NCBI RefSeq assembly: GCF_006345805.1
Contig: NC_043014.1
Span: forward strand, 21,514,001 to 21,578,000
Length of the DNA: 64,000 bases
Direction: 5' to 3'
DNA from: Octopus sinensis
Lineage: Eukaryota
In this document: one piece after another, positions 38,373 through 51,019 of the stretch
How positions within the stretch are numbered: the first letter of the stretch is position 1
How the letters are laid out: each line of letters opens with the position of its first letter
Made by a program: the position numbers and the translations under genes
The notes under the pieces: generated by a model
The model's input: the letters and a program-made list of their open reading frames with translations, nothing else
Databases searched by the model: none
What the model was told of the DNA's origin: nothing

Positions 38373-38465
38373 TTACAAGGGAACTTTGTACATTATGAAG
38401 GTGTGGATGCTATATTGGTTGCATTAAATTCTCCCACTTCAGCATTGAAGCTTTTGAATATTCAG
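38373..38465 (+). CDS. RI-like LRR protein, penultimate exon (phase 0-0, 31 aa)
   Basis: tttattatag acceptor and CAG|gtaggt donor. LQGNFVHYEGVDAILVALNSPTSALKLLNIQ completes the LRR motif LEVLH|LQGNFV begun in exon 2371-2565. Confidence 0.88.
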
Positions 38466-39098
38466 GTAGGTTTGTCAAATTATGAATGGTTATTTTACTC
38501 TGTATACTGTATATTGTTAAATATAGATATGTACCAAGTATTATTCAGCGAGCTCACTTCAGGGAAAAGACCACAGGGATAATGTATTTTCTTGGGTGCT
38601 CAACTTTTGTCATTCATAACACTTAAAATATATTTAACACAGACATAGAAATATATTTGGGAGGAAGAAGCAGTGTAGACAATTTAACCAGATTCCAATA
38701 TATAACCATCACTTAATTCGTTGACCCTTAAGACTGTAATGTCATAGTTGGCTTTGACATAATTTTAACTCAGAATACAGACAGTTGAAACTAAACATTG
38801 CCAAGTATTCAGTTTAATGCTTTGCTGTTTCTAGTATCTGTGCCAGGAAAATAACATTTTCCTCTTCAAAGCAAACCTTGGATGTCAGAACCAATAATCT
38901 TCTTCCAGTTTAACACTACCAACTACATGCCTGAGCACCTTTAAGGAACTCTACTTTGTCACAAGTATTCAGGCTAGGTCTCCAATCTTAGAACTTCCTT
39001 TCTTCCAACTAGTCTTGGAGGTTCTGTGAAAAAGTAATAGAAACTGTCTTTCTTACTCAAAGTCAACTAGAAAAGTACAGTATTCTTTCTCCTTGCAG

Positions 39099-39215
39099 AA
39101 TGTGTCTTTCAATAAAGAACAAGAAGCTAAATTGAAAAAAATAAAGGAGAAGAAAGATATTGAGATTATTTTCCATCCTTGGGTTTCAGGAAAAGACTTC
39201 AAATTTGGAAAATAG
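39099..39215 (+). CDS. RI-like LRR protein, terminal coding exon
   Basis: ttctttctccttgcag acceptor, phase 0. NVSFNKEQEAKLKKIKEKKDIEIIFHPWVSGKDFKFGK followed by TAG, with AATAAA 8 nt downstream. Confidence 0.82.
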   Translation, partial: NVSFNKEQEAKLKKIKEKKDIEIIFHPWVSGKDFKFGK

Positions 39216-39222
39216 CATTTAT

Positions 39223-39228
39223 AATAAA
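39223..39228 (+). terminator. Candidate polyadenylation signal of the LRR gene
   Basis: AATAAA immediately after the stop codon. Confidence 0.45.
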
Positions 39229-39595
39229 GTCTAAATTCCACTATAATTTTGTTCCTGTCCTTGTGACACACAGTACATAAACAATATTCATTATGGTAAA
39301 TGAATTCTCCACTTGTTTCAATAGCAATGATTCCCATTGATTGATTGATTAATTGAAGTGCCTGTAAGGCAGAATCAGAATGACAGTGTCTGATAAAGAT
39401 AGGTCTTTGAATTACAGGTTCAGTCCATCTGATAACTTCACATTTTATGCCTTCTCAATTTTACCCATAAGGTTTAAGATGACCCATCACTATAATAAAA
39501 GCTGTCCAAGATGCTACACAGTGGGATTCAAATCTAGGATGTTCTGACTGCGAAGCAAACTTCTGAATCACTTGACCATGCCTACTACCATGATA

Positions 39596-40123
39596 TCTAT
39601 ATATATAAAACTGTAGTTGTGTGAGTGTCTGTCCCCTTCGATTTAGATTCCTAACTACTCCCACATTTTGCGGTGCAGTTTAACCAAATTCGGGTATCTT
39701 ATAGTCGTGATTCATATCGAGCCCATCTGAGTATTAGTGCGCGTCTACGATGAGTCTACGATTTTAAAAATAATTTAACATTTTTTATTCCATTTTAATG
39801 CATAATTTTTCGTGTGTCGATGGTGGCGGAGTTGGCGTCCATGGTCACACCTGCACCTGTTTGCTTCTCTCCCTTCTTCCCTCCTTCGTAAAGCTGTGGG
39901 GAAGGGAGTGTAAGGAAATCAACGTCGTAAAGCGTTGTCAAGGAGACCAGCGTTCTTTTAGAACAACGACTTCATGGCTTGAAGACACTGAGTCAACGAT
40001 TTAAAAAAGAATTACCATAATTTTTTATTCCATTTTTAATGCATTTTTTTGCTATAACTCTCTAAAAATGTTTATATAGTTATTTCCCTTACAAACCCGA
40101 GCAACGCCGGGCGATACTGCTAG
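39596..40123 (+). mobile_element. Non-autonomous Helitron (528 bp)
   Basis: A|TCTATATATATAAAAC 5' end; CCCGAGCAACGCCGGG hairpin followed by ATACTGCTAG|T. Confidence 0.92.
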
Positions 40124-40308
40124 TTACTTATATAACACACCATACACATATTGTGTTAACTCTATGCAATGCACTTCCAGCTTGTTCTCTGAACTACCAA
40201 CTAGTTGCATACTCTCTTTAACCAGGTCCACCCATGTTACCTCCAAATCCCAGACTCAATACTTAACCCAATCCTTTCTTCCCAGGACAGCTACCTACTG
40301 GAATACAC

Positions 40309-40805
40309 CAGGGTAGAATTGTGGTTTAAGAATCACATGTAATCCCCCAAAACTTTTAGAGCTTTGGGAATTTTCAGAAAATTTTTGTAAATTTGTGTTC
40401 TACACACAGGAATTCATACAATTATGAACAAAATTTTCTGTTTTAAATTTTTTAACCCTGCTCCACCCCAAAAAATTCCTAAAAGTTTTACCTTTTTGAA
40501 TTGTTTTGCCTAAATCCCAGTAACAGACCACCATTGGGTGCATCATCATTCCAATAAATGTATTTAATATTGAAGAACATCAATATGTCAGAGTGACAAA
40601 AAAGTGAGGAAGGTAATCAGGTGGTCATGAGATGTACTAAAAATAACAGCCAAATTGCCCTTAAATGAAGCAAAAAATAATTTTTTTTTTACATAATCAT
40701 ATGAATTCCCATATGTAGAACACAATTTCACAAACATTTTCAGAAAATTCCAAAAAATAAAGTTATGAGGTGTTATATGGGGTGCTTAAATCAGAATTCC
40801 ACCTA
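40309..40805. mobile_element. MITE with ~115-bp imperfect inverted arms
   Basis: GAATTTTCAGAAAATTTTTGTAAATTTGTGTTCTAC (left) matches the reverse complement of GTAGAACACAATTTCACAAACATTTTCAGAAAATTCC (right). Confidence 0.7.
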
Positions 40806-43667
40806 CATGTCCATGTTTTTCCTACAGACCTGACTAACCTACAATAACCTAAAGGTTGATCAACTTACTAGAAGTAGCAGCCAAATTTCCTACCTATCAC
40901 ACCAATTACTTGATCTTTCAGTAATAACATAGGATTTTCATCATTTTCTCATTATTTCTAATAATTATCAATTTTAACCTTTTAGGTCTGATCTCATATG
41001 CTCTTTACAACTACAAGACACTTAGCCATATCATCTTAAAATGGCAATGTTATGGACTATGTAATTTCTGATATATAAAATTAGAGGACATTCATGGTTA
41101 GAATACCTTTGATCAGACCTGAACCTGGAGCAAAACAGCTACAACCACCTTATATAAGAGGGAAAAGGAAGGGGGGGGGGGAACATGGAGTTTTCTCATG
41201 CTCAAGAACCTTCTCAGAGATGTAGATTCAAAGGATGTTTATGACTGTTTAATTTAAACTGAGTGCCCATAGCATAGTTGCTAACTGCATAGACTATGGC
41301 ATCAACAAGGTCTAGGTTCAATTCCTACTTAGCATGAAGACTGAATTTTTTTTTCATATATCCAGCAAATTTCTGCCCGCACTTCAGAAAAATGTAAATT
41401 TTCTTTGAACAAATCCAAAAATCCAAGTATAAGGTTGAACAATTTTTACAATTCTAAAAAAATTTGAATTATCATTATTACTAGCTGTTACACAACTAAA
41501 ATCTGAATTTTTGGATTCATCAGTGCCAAACATTTGTGGCCTTAACAGCTGATACTTCCACTACCATATGCAACTTTACTCACAATTCCAGCTGAACAAG
41601 TCCTGTTTAGCTATAATCAACTAAAAATTTCTTCATTCATTTATTATTTTTACCCATTAGGTAATGTCCATATCATTGAGAATAATGTTTTGTTTTCTTT
41701 TGTAACCTTTTTAAATGGGGAAAATAAATGATTTAGATTTTAAAACGCTATATTTTATTGCCAAATATATCACTGCACCCATTGAATATGGAAATGAAAA
41801 GACCAACTAAGTCAAACTTTCATAGTAAATATGCGTATATCATCCATCGTCATCATCGTTTAATGTCTGTTTTCCATGCTGACCAGCCAGAGAGCTGTTC
41901 AGGCTCCAATTATCTGTTTTGGCATGGTTTATATGGCTGGATGTCCTGTCTAATACCAACCACTTCAGAGTGGTGTTGGGTGCTTTTTATGTGCCAATAG
42001 CATGGGTGCATTTGTATGGTACCAGCACAGAGTGAAAAGACAAGTTTGTTTCTTGGGGCGTATTTTTTTGGAGTGCCAGGATATAAAGGGAAAAGACTTC
42101 AGTTGGTCCTAGGCCACATTATCTGATATTTCCTAAGACTAGTGTGCGAATTGAAGATTTGGTTGCTATTTCCATCAGGTCAAGTAACCATGTAAAGATT
42201 TCTTTATTGGATTATGGGAGTCATGAACAGTAATGAAACCAATCTTTGCAGCTGTAAACAAATGATATTAAGATGAATTCCAAAGTGCTACCTTGCTTCA
42301 ATTCTAATCAAAAGCAAACTGACATGCCTGCTGACATGACCCCTAACATTACCAGATTTTTTAAAAGGACTCACTTGATGCATGATAAAATGCACACATC
42401 TAGTAAAAAGAGGTTTAAGAATTTGAAAACACTGTTATCTCAGTTTGCACCATTACCAATTATTTCTTTTTAATCCACTGATGTATGAAGTTAACAAAAA
42501 TGCTGAGCAAACAAAACTATAATTTAAATAATCACCTAACTGTTTGTATTACATACAAACAAACATTCTGGTTCTATATATTTCCAACACAAAGCTGTAC
42601 AAGCACTGTTTTTGTATGCAAAATAAAATACACACACACATTTATTTGAAGCTGAAACTTCCAATCTTCACAAAGTTGTAAATGCACATATATTTCTTGT
42701 TTCATATGATCCTGGATATGAAACTGCTGAAACAGATGATAGATTTTGGGAGAGCCATTCTGCCGATGGATCTCTCTCTCTCTCACACACACACACGCAC
42801 ATGTTGTATTATTAGTTGATTTGTCAAAGTATTTTACCACACAACTTGATTTTTCAATGAGTTCTCTGTCATGGTCTTTTTGAGTGTCTGGTATTTATAA
42901 TTTGTTGGTGGTGAGTGCAAGGGGGAAGAACGTGCATGTGAGTGTTTGTTGTATTCATGTATATGTCTGTAATTATTGGGGTAGTATTGTAGCATCTTCA
43001 TGGTAATGAGCATCCATGTGTATATGAGTGAGTTTACACAAACACACACTATAGTTCATCATTCACCACACAGACTCACTCCAATTGTAACAACACATAC
43101 ATACATACAGGAACAAGAATTACACATATGCATATATAAACCAAACACCTGTAAAAACACAGGCATGGAGAACTCATTTAAAAAGCTGGTAACAAAGTAG
43201 TAAACTACAAATAATGTGTGTGTTTATTGACAGTATGACAACATATACTAAAATACTATTACACACATATTTGTTACATTTCACATGTTCAATAACTTCT
43301 TTGCACAGCTAAACACCAAACACAAAGGAGACTACCTACTAAATAACACCACAAAATTCCATAAATCATACCCTACAATCTTAAAAAAAAAGTATATGTT
43401 GAATAATGTAGTCCTAAATAGACAGTGTCTGAAACAGAAAGATAGATTGGTCATAGATGGAATGCCACTGATCATAGGTTTGCTCAACCACATGTTATTC
43501 AATAACAACACATATGCATATTTATATTTTATAAATAAAAACCAAAACATCTTAAAAATTAAATATTTCTTATTTTTAGAACATTAGATTAAATGTTAAA
43601 GTTTACTAGTTGTTTGGGAAATGTGTAGGTTTGTGCCTATGTGTGTCTGAGTGTATGTATATGTATG

Positions 43668-43718
<51 letters not shown>

Positions 43719-43810
43719 GTATGTGTGAATGTGTGCATACATGTTAGTATGTATGTGTGTGCATGTGTAAACATCAGTACATCAGTCTGGTGAACTATCG
43801 CATAAACCTC

Positions 43811-43951
43811 TTAGATGCCATACATCTTCTTTGTGTTCTGCCAGCAATGTTTTAGTACCACATCAATAAGGACATCCTTTAGTTGGGCCACTTCAAATGC
43901 AACTGCAACAGCAAAACCTGGATGAGAGAATTTCATGTATCCCCGTGGCAC
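43811..43951 (-). CDS. TATDN2: TATDN2-like terminal coding exon
   Basis: ttttttgacag acceptor. VPRGYMKFSHPGFAVAVAFEVAQLKDVLIDVVLKHCWQNTKKMYGI then TAA, a typical TatD C-terminal helix. Confidence 0.93.
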   Translation of the reverse strand: MPRGYMKFSHPGFAVAVAFEVAQLKDVLIDVVLKHCWQNTKKMYGI

Positions 43952-44288
43952 CTGTCAAAAAAAATCAACAACAACAACTGCTGTTAAGTGGGAAGGCTCA
44001 ATAGCATTAATAACAATGACATGATGGGAACATTAATGTAATCCTTTAATCTGCTCAGTATAGCAACTGGATGTTCCCTCAATAAATCCTCTACTGCTTG
44101 TAATAGGCCACATGAGTCAGTAAAGAAGCTTTTAAATTGACCTGTCCAATTTAGTACTCAAACCCCTATAAAATAGGGATCATTTGAATCTGTATGGAAG
44201 GTTCTATATAATCATGACCTGATACAGTAACTAAATGTTCTTCTCAATAAATACTAGTTTCTGAAATAGAGACCACATGATCCAGAGG

Positions 44289-44319
<31 letters not shown>

Positions 44320-44539
44320 TACACACACTCACAAAATATGGGGGTTTAGTTCACAGGTGATCTAAATGACTAGGTATGCTAGGTAAGTGCAGTAATGGAT
44401 TACTAGGGCTCCAAGGTTATAGCCAAGACAATAGTTATGGAGCCATTGTAGATTTCCAATATAGCGGATATATAATTGTTAAAGAGAACAAACGTTAAGG
44501 CAAGGCAAACATCTCAAGTCATATGCATTATTATTATTA

Positions 44540-45085
44540 TTACTGGAAAAAAATTTGAAGTCTTACAGCTGTTTCTGGAATATCCCATAGTAGGGGATAT
44601 TCTGTCAGAGACAAATAGGGAAAATGAAAAGGGTATAGATTAATGAAATGATGACAGAAGACATGAGAGAAGGAATAAGGAAATGAAGAAAGGGAAGAAA
44701 AAAGGCATAAAAGTTCACAGTTCAACTTTCCAGTCGTGCAGAAGTCCGTCCCTAAGTCCTTAGGTGCAATCCTGTGTAAATCCATGTAGGTTAAAATCCT
44801 GATAGTGTAAATATCTAGAAATAGATGCGAACCTATCAACGTTCAATAACAGAATGGTAGCAGAGGTGGCTTTTAAGTGGTAAAAAGAAAGAAAAATAAA
44901 TAAATAGAAAGAGAGGTAGAGAGAGTGAGAGAGGAAATTAAAGATTGACATTAAGGATAAAATAAGGTATATAAAAATATAGTGTCTAAGAATATAGTGT
45001 ACACTATATTTATATTTATCTTATTTTATCCTTAACGCCAATCCTTAATTTCCTCTCTCACTACCTCTCTTTCTATTTATCCAAC
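44540..45085 (-). mobile_element. Penelope-like remnant with degenerate hammerhead and an adjacent inverted duplication
   Basis: Hammerhead-like motif at 44560-44613; inverted arms ~44897-44987 / 45001-45080. Confidence 0.55.
44560..44613 (-). ncRNA. Degenerate minimal hammerhead motif
   Basis: TGTCT-CTGACA-[GAATATCCC ctactat GGGATATTC]-CA-GAAA-CAGCTG-TA-AGAC: 9-bp stem II, the same GAAACAGCTGTAAGA as 10325-10339, 4-bp stem I. Core is mutated. Confidence 0.55.
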
Positions 45086-46335
45086 AATAATAATATAACT
45101 TGAGATGTTTTCCTTGCTTTAACGTTGTCCTCTTTAACAATTATATATACACACATCCGTTTTTCCATGTTGGCATGGTTGGACAGTTAGACAGGAGGAA
45201 CTGGCTAGACTACAATTGTCTTGTGGTATGGTTTCTAAGGCTGTGTCCTCCATAACAACAACCACTTTACGGAGTATGCTGGGTGCTTTTCACATGCCAC
45301 AGGTTCATGTACACTGCACTGGCAAAAGTGCATTTTACTTGGCACCAACATCTGTATGTATGACCACGATTTTACATAGCTTGACATGTCTTCTCAGATA
45401 CAGCAAATTGCTATCTTTATCCTCTGGATCATGTGAGCAGGTCAAGTATGTGTGTATGTGTGTGTGTATATATATATATATATATACTTGACCTGTTCAC
45501 TATAACAACTATGTGCACCTTCCCCTATATACATTCATTAAAATAAAGACCACTTGATCCAGTATGAAGAGCTTCTATGTAAGTTACTTGTGCTGCTCAA
45601 TGGAATGGTGAAAATATTATGAACGAACAGCTAAGTTTTAAATGAAATTTGAAACAAAAATGCTTTCTGGAGTAATCCATTGCATTATCACCCTTTAAGT
45701 GATAGGAATATCGTCCAAGTCCCACCATCGGATGGTCTATTACTCTTCTCTTAAAATGGTGATTACAATGTCTATTATTTGCCGGAAGTTCTTGCTTTTA
45801 ATATTTTCAATATTTTCATCAATCATTGGGAACAACAATTTGAGATAGAAAAGAGGAACAGAACCATTGATGAGACATTGTTTGTTACACCTACCATTCC
45901 AGCTCCACAACATAGATATTATAAAAGTTAAGAATGTCTAATATTATTGGTTTTAGTTTTGATATTGCATTTTGTGAACAATAGTGTTGTTGGTTACAGA
46001 TTTCCAACAAATAAGGAATCACATTTCTAATGGCAAGAATGATGTAAATCGTCTATGCAACATGAGAAGAACAAATACCAGGTGACTGTTTTGTTCAGAA
46101 GCACTGGTTTACTGAGTTACTCCGTGAACTTGTGCTTTCATCAAAGTATATTTGCAAGAGATATGCACATACATAGATTATATTTATACATCCTGTTTAT
46201 ATTGATATCTTAGCATTAATCTAATATTTGAAGTCTTCCATAACGTAAGTATATATACAGTACAATACATCCACAGCAAAGATAAGATGGAATGATCAGG
46301 ATCAAGAATTCAACATCAGTTGAATTATTTCTTAA

Positions 46336-46545
46336 CCCTTTAGCACTTAAACGAGCCATAATATTCTATTTGTTTTATGTTCAATCAGGTCAAATACAGT
46401 TTCTTACACCTATGCTATATTGTCATACTGAAAGTAAACAAACCCATAATCGAAATCTCAAAGCTACAAGATAATGCACGATTAATTCAAAACAATGTAA
46501 ATAAATAAGCATTACATGTGGCAAACTAATCTGAATGCTAAAGGG
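46336..46545. mobile_element. piggyBac-type MITE (TTAA target)
   Basis: TTAA|CCCTTTAGCA...TGCTAAAGGG|TTAA. Related copies at ~51078-51270 and ~54605-54805. Confidence 0.85.
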
Positions 46546-46732
46546 TTAAAACTACAAAATTTCAAACCAATTTCTCTCAACTGATGTCTTACAAAGAGTA
46601 GAGATGTGAATCCAAGGTAACGTAATCCTGGATCCATAGTACCTTGAACAAAATTGGAATGGTTACAGATTAAATACCTTTGACCATCTGTTATGTAGGC
46701 TCAAACGTGGTTGATTTGGTGGGTCAAACAAT

Positions 46733-46771
<39 letters not shown>

Positions 46772-46844
46772 CATTTGGAATAACATGGAATAGCTCTCAT
46801 GTTGACACAGACAAAATAACTATTTAAAAAAAATAATAACTTAC

Positions 46845-47057
46845 AAGTCTAGGTACAAAATATGGTGAGTCTGTCTCCAGGAGAAGTCGGTCAAGAGGAA
46901 TGTGATAGGCTGTGTTGTGTACTTCAAGGGCCGATGGGTAGGTCACCAAAGGAGTGAGGCCAATGAAGAGGTTCGGGAAGTAGGACAGCCACTCCTTAGC
47001 ATACTTGAATGATTTGGTGAAACAGTGGCAATGAATACGGTAATCCACTGGAACATA
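46845..47057 (-). CDS. TATDN2: TATDN2-like exon (phase 0-0, 71 aa)
   Basis: YVPVDYRIHCHCFT...HIPLDRLLLETDSPYFVPRL contains the IHxHCF and LLETDSPY catalytic motifs. CTT|gtaagt donor. Confidence 0.95.
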
Positions 47058-47548
47058 CTGGAAATAAGAGTTGTTTATATTTGTAGTTGTAAGTGGAACA
47101 ACAGAGAAGACAATGATATTATCAACGGAAACAAGAATGAAAGAGGAAAAACAATGCTAATTAAAATGATAATGGCAAAGACAATAGTGATAGCACTAAT
47201 GATAATGATGAATACGAGAATGAGTGAAGGTAATGGTGGCTATTATGATAATAACAATGGTTATATAAATAATAATGGTTTACATTGTTTCTAATTTAAG
47301 TACAAGGCCTGGAATTCTTGGTTGGGGTGTAAATAATCGATTAAATCATTCCCAATATTTGACTGGTTCTATATTTTAACATCCCTACAGATATTAAAGG
47401 CAAAGTTGGCTGTGGTGATGTTTGAACCCAGAACATAAAGAGCTGATCAAAATACTGCAAGACATTATTTTCTGATGCTTCAACAACTCTGGCAATCCAC
47501 TACACATCTGTCAAAATTAGTTTACATAATACTACTGATGACGATTTA

Positions 47549-50223
47549 ACAATGTGGTTGACAGGGCTATTAGACAAAAGAAACAGGCTTGGAAGGACTG
47601 GAAGAACGGAGGTAGCAGGGAACTGTATCAGACTGCCAGAAGGGAAGCTAGGAGACAGGTTTATTTAGCCAGAGGGGAAGCAGATAAGAAAAAATTTGCC
47701 AATGTTCTGTGCCGTGAGGACCAAAGACTTGAGGTATTTCGTGTTGCAAGACAGTGTGTAAGAGAGAATCGTGATGTGGTAGGAGAGAAATGTGTTCGCA
47801 TGGATGATGGTTCACTTGCGCTAAATGAGGATGCAAAGAGAGAGGTTTGGAGATGCCACTATGAAAGGTTGTTGAATAAGGAAAATGAATGGGATAAAGA
47901 GAGTCTGCCGAATGTCGACCCAACAGAGGGACCAGCTATCCGAGTTGACAGTTCCTTGGTAGTTAAGGCAATTACAAGCATGAAAACAGGGAAAGCCCCA
48001 GGCCCATCAGGAATTACTGCAGAGATGCTCAAAATATCTGGCAGTGTCGGCTGTAGCCTAGTCACCCATATAGTTAACCAGGTGATACACGGAGGAGTCA
48101 TACCCAATGACTGGTGTAGCAGCATAATAGTCAACTGCTACAAAGGTAAAGGTGACGCCCTAGATACAAATAATTACAGAGGTATCAAGCTGATGGATCA
48201 GGTAATGAAGATTACGGAGAGGGTCATAGCCCAACTGATTAGGGAGAGAGACAGCTTGGATGAGATGCAGTTTGGTTTTGTGCCAGGGAAAAGCACCACT
48301 GATGCCATATTTCTGGTGAGACAGCTGCAGGAGAAATACCTAGCCAAAGATAAGCCCCTGTACCTGGCTTTCGTTGACATGGAGAAAGCCTTCGACAGGG
48401 TCCCCCGATCCCTTATCTGGTGGTCAAAGAGGAAACTAGGGATAGATGAATGGCTGGTGAAAGCTGTGCAAGCCATGTACAGGAATGCTGTAAGTAAGGT
48501 TAGGGTTGGCAACGTGTACACTGAAGAATTCAAGGTAGAGGTTGGGGTCCACCAGGGTTCAGTCCTCAGCCCCCTCCTATTTATCATAGTCCTCCAGGCA
48601 ATTACGGAGGAATTCAAGACAGGATACCCCTGGGAGCTCCTCTATGCTGATGACCTTGCTCTAATTGCTGAGTCACTATCAAAACTGGAGAAGTTTCAGG
48701 TGTGGAAGGAGGGATTAGAATCGAGGGGCCTTAGAGTCAACCTAGCTAAAACCAAAGTCCTAATAAGTAGGAAGGTAGACAAACCACAAATACCTTCAGG
48801 TAGATGGCCCTGCTCGATCTGTAGAAAAGGGTAGGTGGAAACTCTATAAGATGTACCCAGTGTAAGCTATGGACACATAAGAGGTGCAGCAATGTCAAAG
48901 GAAGGCTAACTGGGACGATAGTTTTTGTATGTGGCAGATGCTCAGGAGCAATAAACACTGAAAATCTGCAGAAAACTTCTGTCACTTTCCAGGGGGAAAA
49001 ACTAGAAGTAGTTGATAGCTTCCATTATCTAGGTGACCAAGTCAGTAGTGGGGGTGGGTGTACTGAAAATGTAACTGCTAGAGTAAGAATAGCCTGGGCA
49101 AAGTTCAGGGAGCTCTTACCTCTGCTGGTGACTAAAGGCCTCTCGCTCAGAGTAAAAGGCAAACTGTATGATGCATGTGTACGAACAGCCATGCTACATG
49201 GCAGTGAAACATGGGCCATGACTGCCGAGGACATGCGTAAGCTCGCGAGAAATGAAGCCAGTATGCTCCGATGGATGTGTAATGTCAGTGTGCATACTCG
49301 ACAGTGTTAGTACCTTGAGAGAAATGTTGGACCTAAGAAGCATCAGCTGTGGTGTGCAAGAGAGACGATTGCGCTGGTATGGTCATGTGCAGAGAATGGA
49401 TGAAGATAGGTGTGTGAAAAAGTGCCAATCCCTAGCAGTTGAGGGAACCTGTGGAAGAGGTAGACCCAGGAAAACCTGGGATGAGGTGGTGAAGCACGAC
49501 CTTCGAACTTGAGGCCTCACCGAGGCAATGACTAGCGACCGAGACCTTTGGAAATATGCTGTGCGTGAGAAGACCCGGCAGGACAAGTGAGTCCAGCCCA
49601 CTTATGCATGTCTTTCCTCCCTTGGACACACAAAGCCCTGTTGAGGCAATCCGACGACAGGCACCCATGCCAACCTCCCTTCATTGGACACTAAACTCTG
49701 CTTGCGAAAACCTGTTGGGGCAAGTGAAATCGGAATCGAAATTGAACCAATCCTATGACTGGCACCCGGCAGTTGCCAGGACTGCTGGACTGACTCCTGT
49801 GCAGGTGGCAAGTGAAGAAACACCATTTCGGCCCTGTGCTTGAGGAGATCCATTGAGTCAAGTACACCAACATCAAAATCAATGGAAACTGCAGTTGTGA
49901 TCCCTGTGCTGGTGGCACGTAAAAAGCACCATCTGAACGTGGCCAATGCAAGCGCCGGCTTGACTGGCTTCCGTGCCGGTGGCACGTAAAATGCACCAAT
50001 CTGATCGTGGCCGTTACCAGCCTCGCCTGGCACCTGTGCAGGTGGCACGTAAAAAGCACCCACTACACTCACGGAGTGGTTGGCATTAGGAAGGGCATCC
50101 AGCTGTAGAAACACTGCCAGATCAGACTGGAGCCTGGTGCAGCCTTCTGGCTTCCCAGATCCCCGGTCGAACCGTCCAACCCATGCTAGTGTGGAGAATG
50201 GACGTTAAACGATGATGATGATG
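47549..50223 (+). mobile_element. Young 5'-truncated RTE LINE (RT ORF 47554-48834, 3' UTR, (GAT)n tail), antisense in a TATDN2 intron
   Basis: 426-aa uninterrupted RT ORF: KAPGPSG, NYRGIKL, QFGFVPGKSTTDAIF, FVDMEKAFDRV, GVHQGSVLSPLLF, YADD. Two frameshifts and one stop downstream. Confidence 0.96.
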
Positions 50224-50420
50224 ACACACAAAGCTGCATATTATGGGGCCATGGGTGTAATCAATTAGAATGATCCTACTATTTAACTGGCACCTTATTT
50301 TATCAATACCAAAAAGGGTGAAAAGGTAATGTCAATCTTGATGAGAGTTGAATTCAGAAACCAATAACACCAGTTTTTATTGTAACCATGAGTGACAGTA
50401 CAATAAGAAAAGATACTGAC

Positions 50421-50550
50421 CTTCTTAAGGATCTGTAGACAATCATCCTGTGCCTCCCTACAATGAATCACCAGTGGTTTCTGTACAGTAAGAGCCAGCT
50501 TGATCTGATGAATGAACACTTTCTTTTGAAGAGATGCTGTTTCCCAGAAC
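50421..50550 (-). CDS. TATDN2: TATDN2-like exon (phase 2-0)
   Basis: FWETASLQKKVFIHQIKLALTVQKPLVIHCREAQDDCLQILKK contains the PLVIHCREA motif. gttattccag acceptor and AAG|gtcagt donor. Confidence 0.95.
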
Positions 50551-50738
50551 CTGGAATAACAATATTGCAGAAATATAGATTAGTGAGATTATGAGAATGA
50601 ACGAGCAAGAGGAAGGACAGAGCAGAAGATACAAGAGACAGAATGAGATTGGTAGAAATAAACAAGGCAAAGAAGAACAGAATCTTCCTCCTTCCAGTAA
50701 ATTGGGGAATCAAAAGTGTAGTCTCAGGACTATCTTAC

Positions 50739-50907
50739 CTTCCAGAATAATCTAGACCAATTTCTCCAATAGCGACCACTTTGGGTTGTTCTATGCATTC
50801 TCGGAGTCCCTTCTCAGCAGCACTATCAAAGTTCTCAACATTTTTGGGGTGACAGCCCATAGCAAACCACATCTCACTTTCATTATTCAGACTTTTCCAC
50901 AGACTTC
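50739..50907 (-). CDS. TATDN2: TATDN2-like exon (phase 1-2)
   Basis: SLWKSLNNESEMWFAMGCHPKNVENFDSAAEKGLRECIEQPKVVAIGEIGLDYSG contains the GCHP and AIGEIGLDY TatD motifs. Canonical AG/GT; phases match neighbouring exons. Confidence 0.95.
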
Positions 50908-51019
50908 CTGTATTTTAACAAATAATTTCTAATTTAGGTATGTACAAAGTCAAAAATTTCAAGGGAAAAAGAAAAACAAATTATATTGATCTTAGTACTT
51001 CATTTATTTCATTGATATA

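Noticed and set aside
46000-46081. + strand AG...GT-bounded 82-nt open segment
   Set aside because: It lies downstream of the LRR stop, antisense in a TATDN2 intron, with no motif or partner exon.
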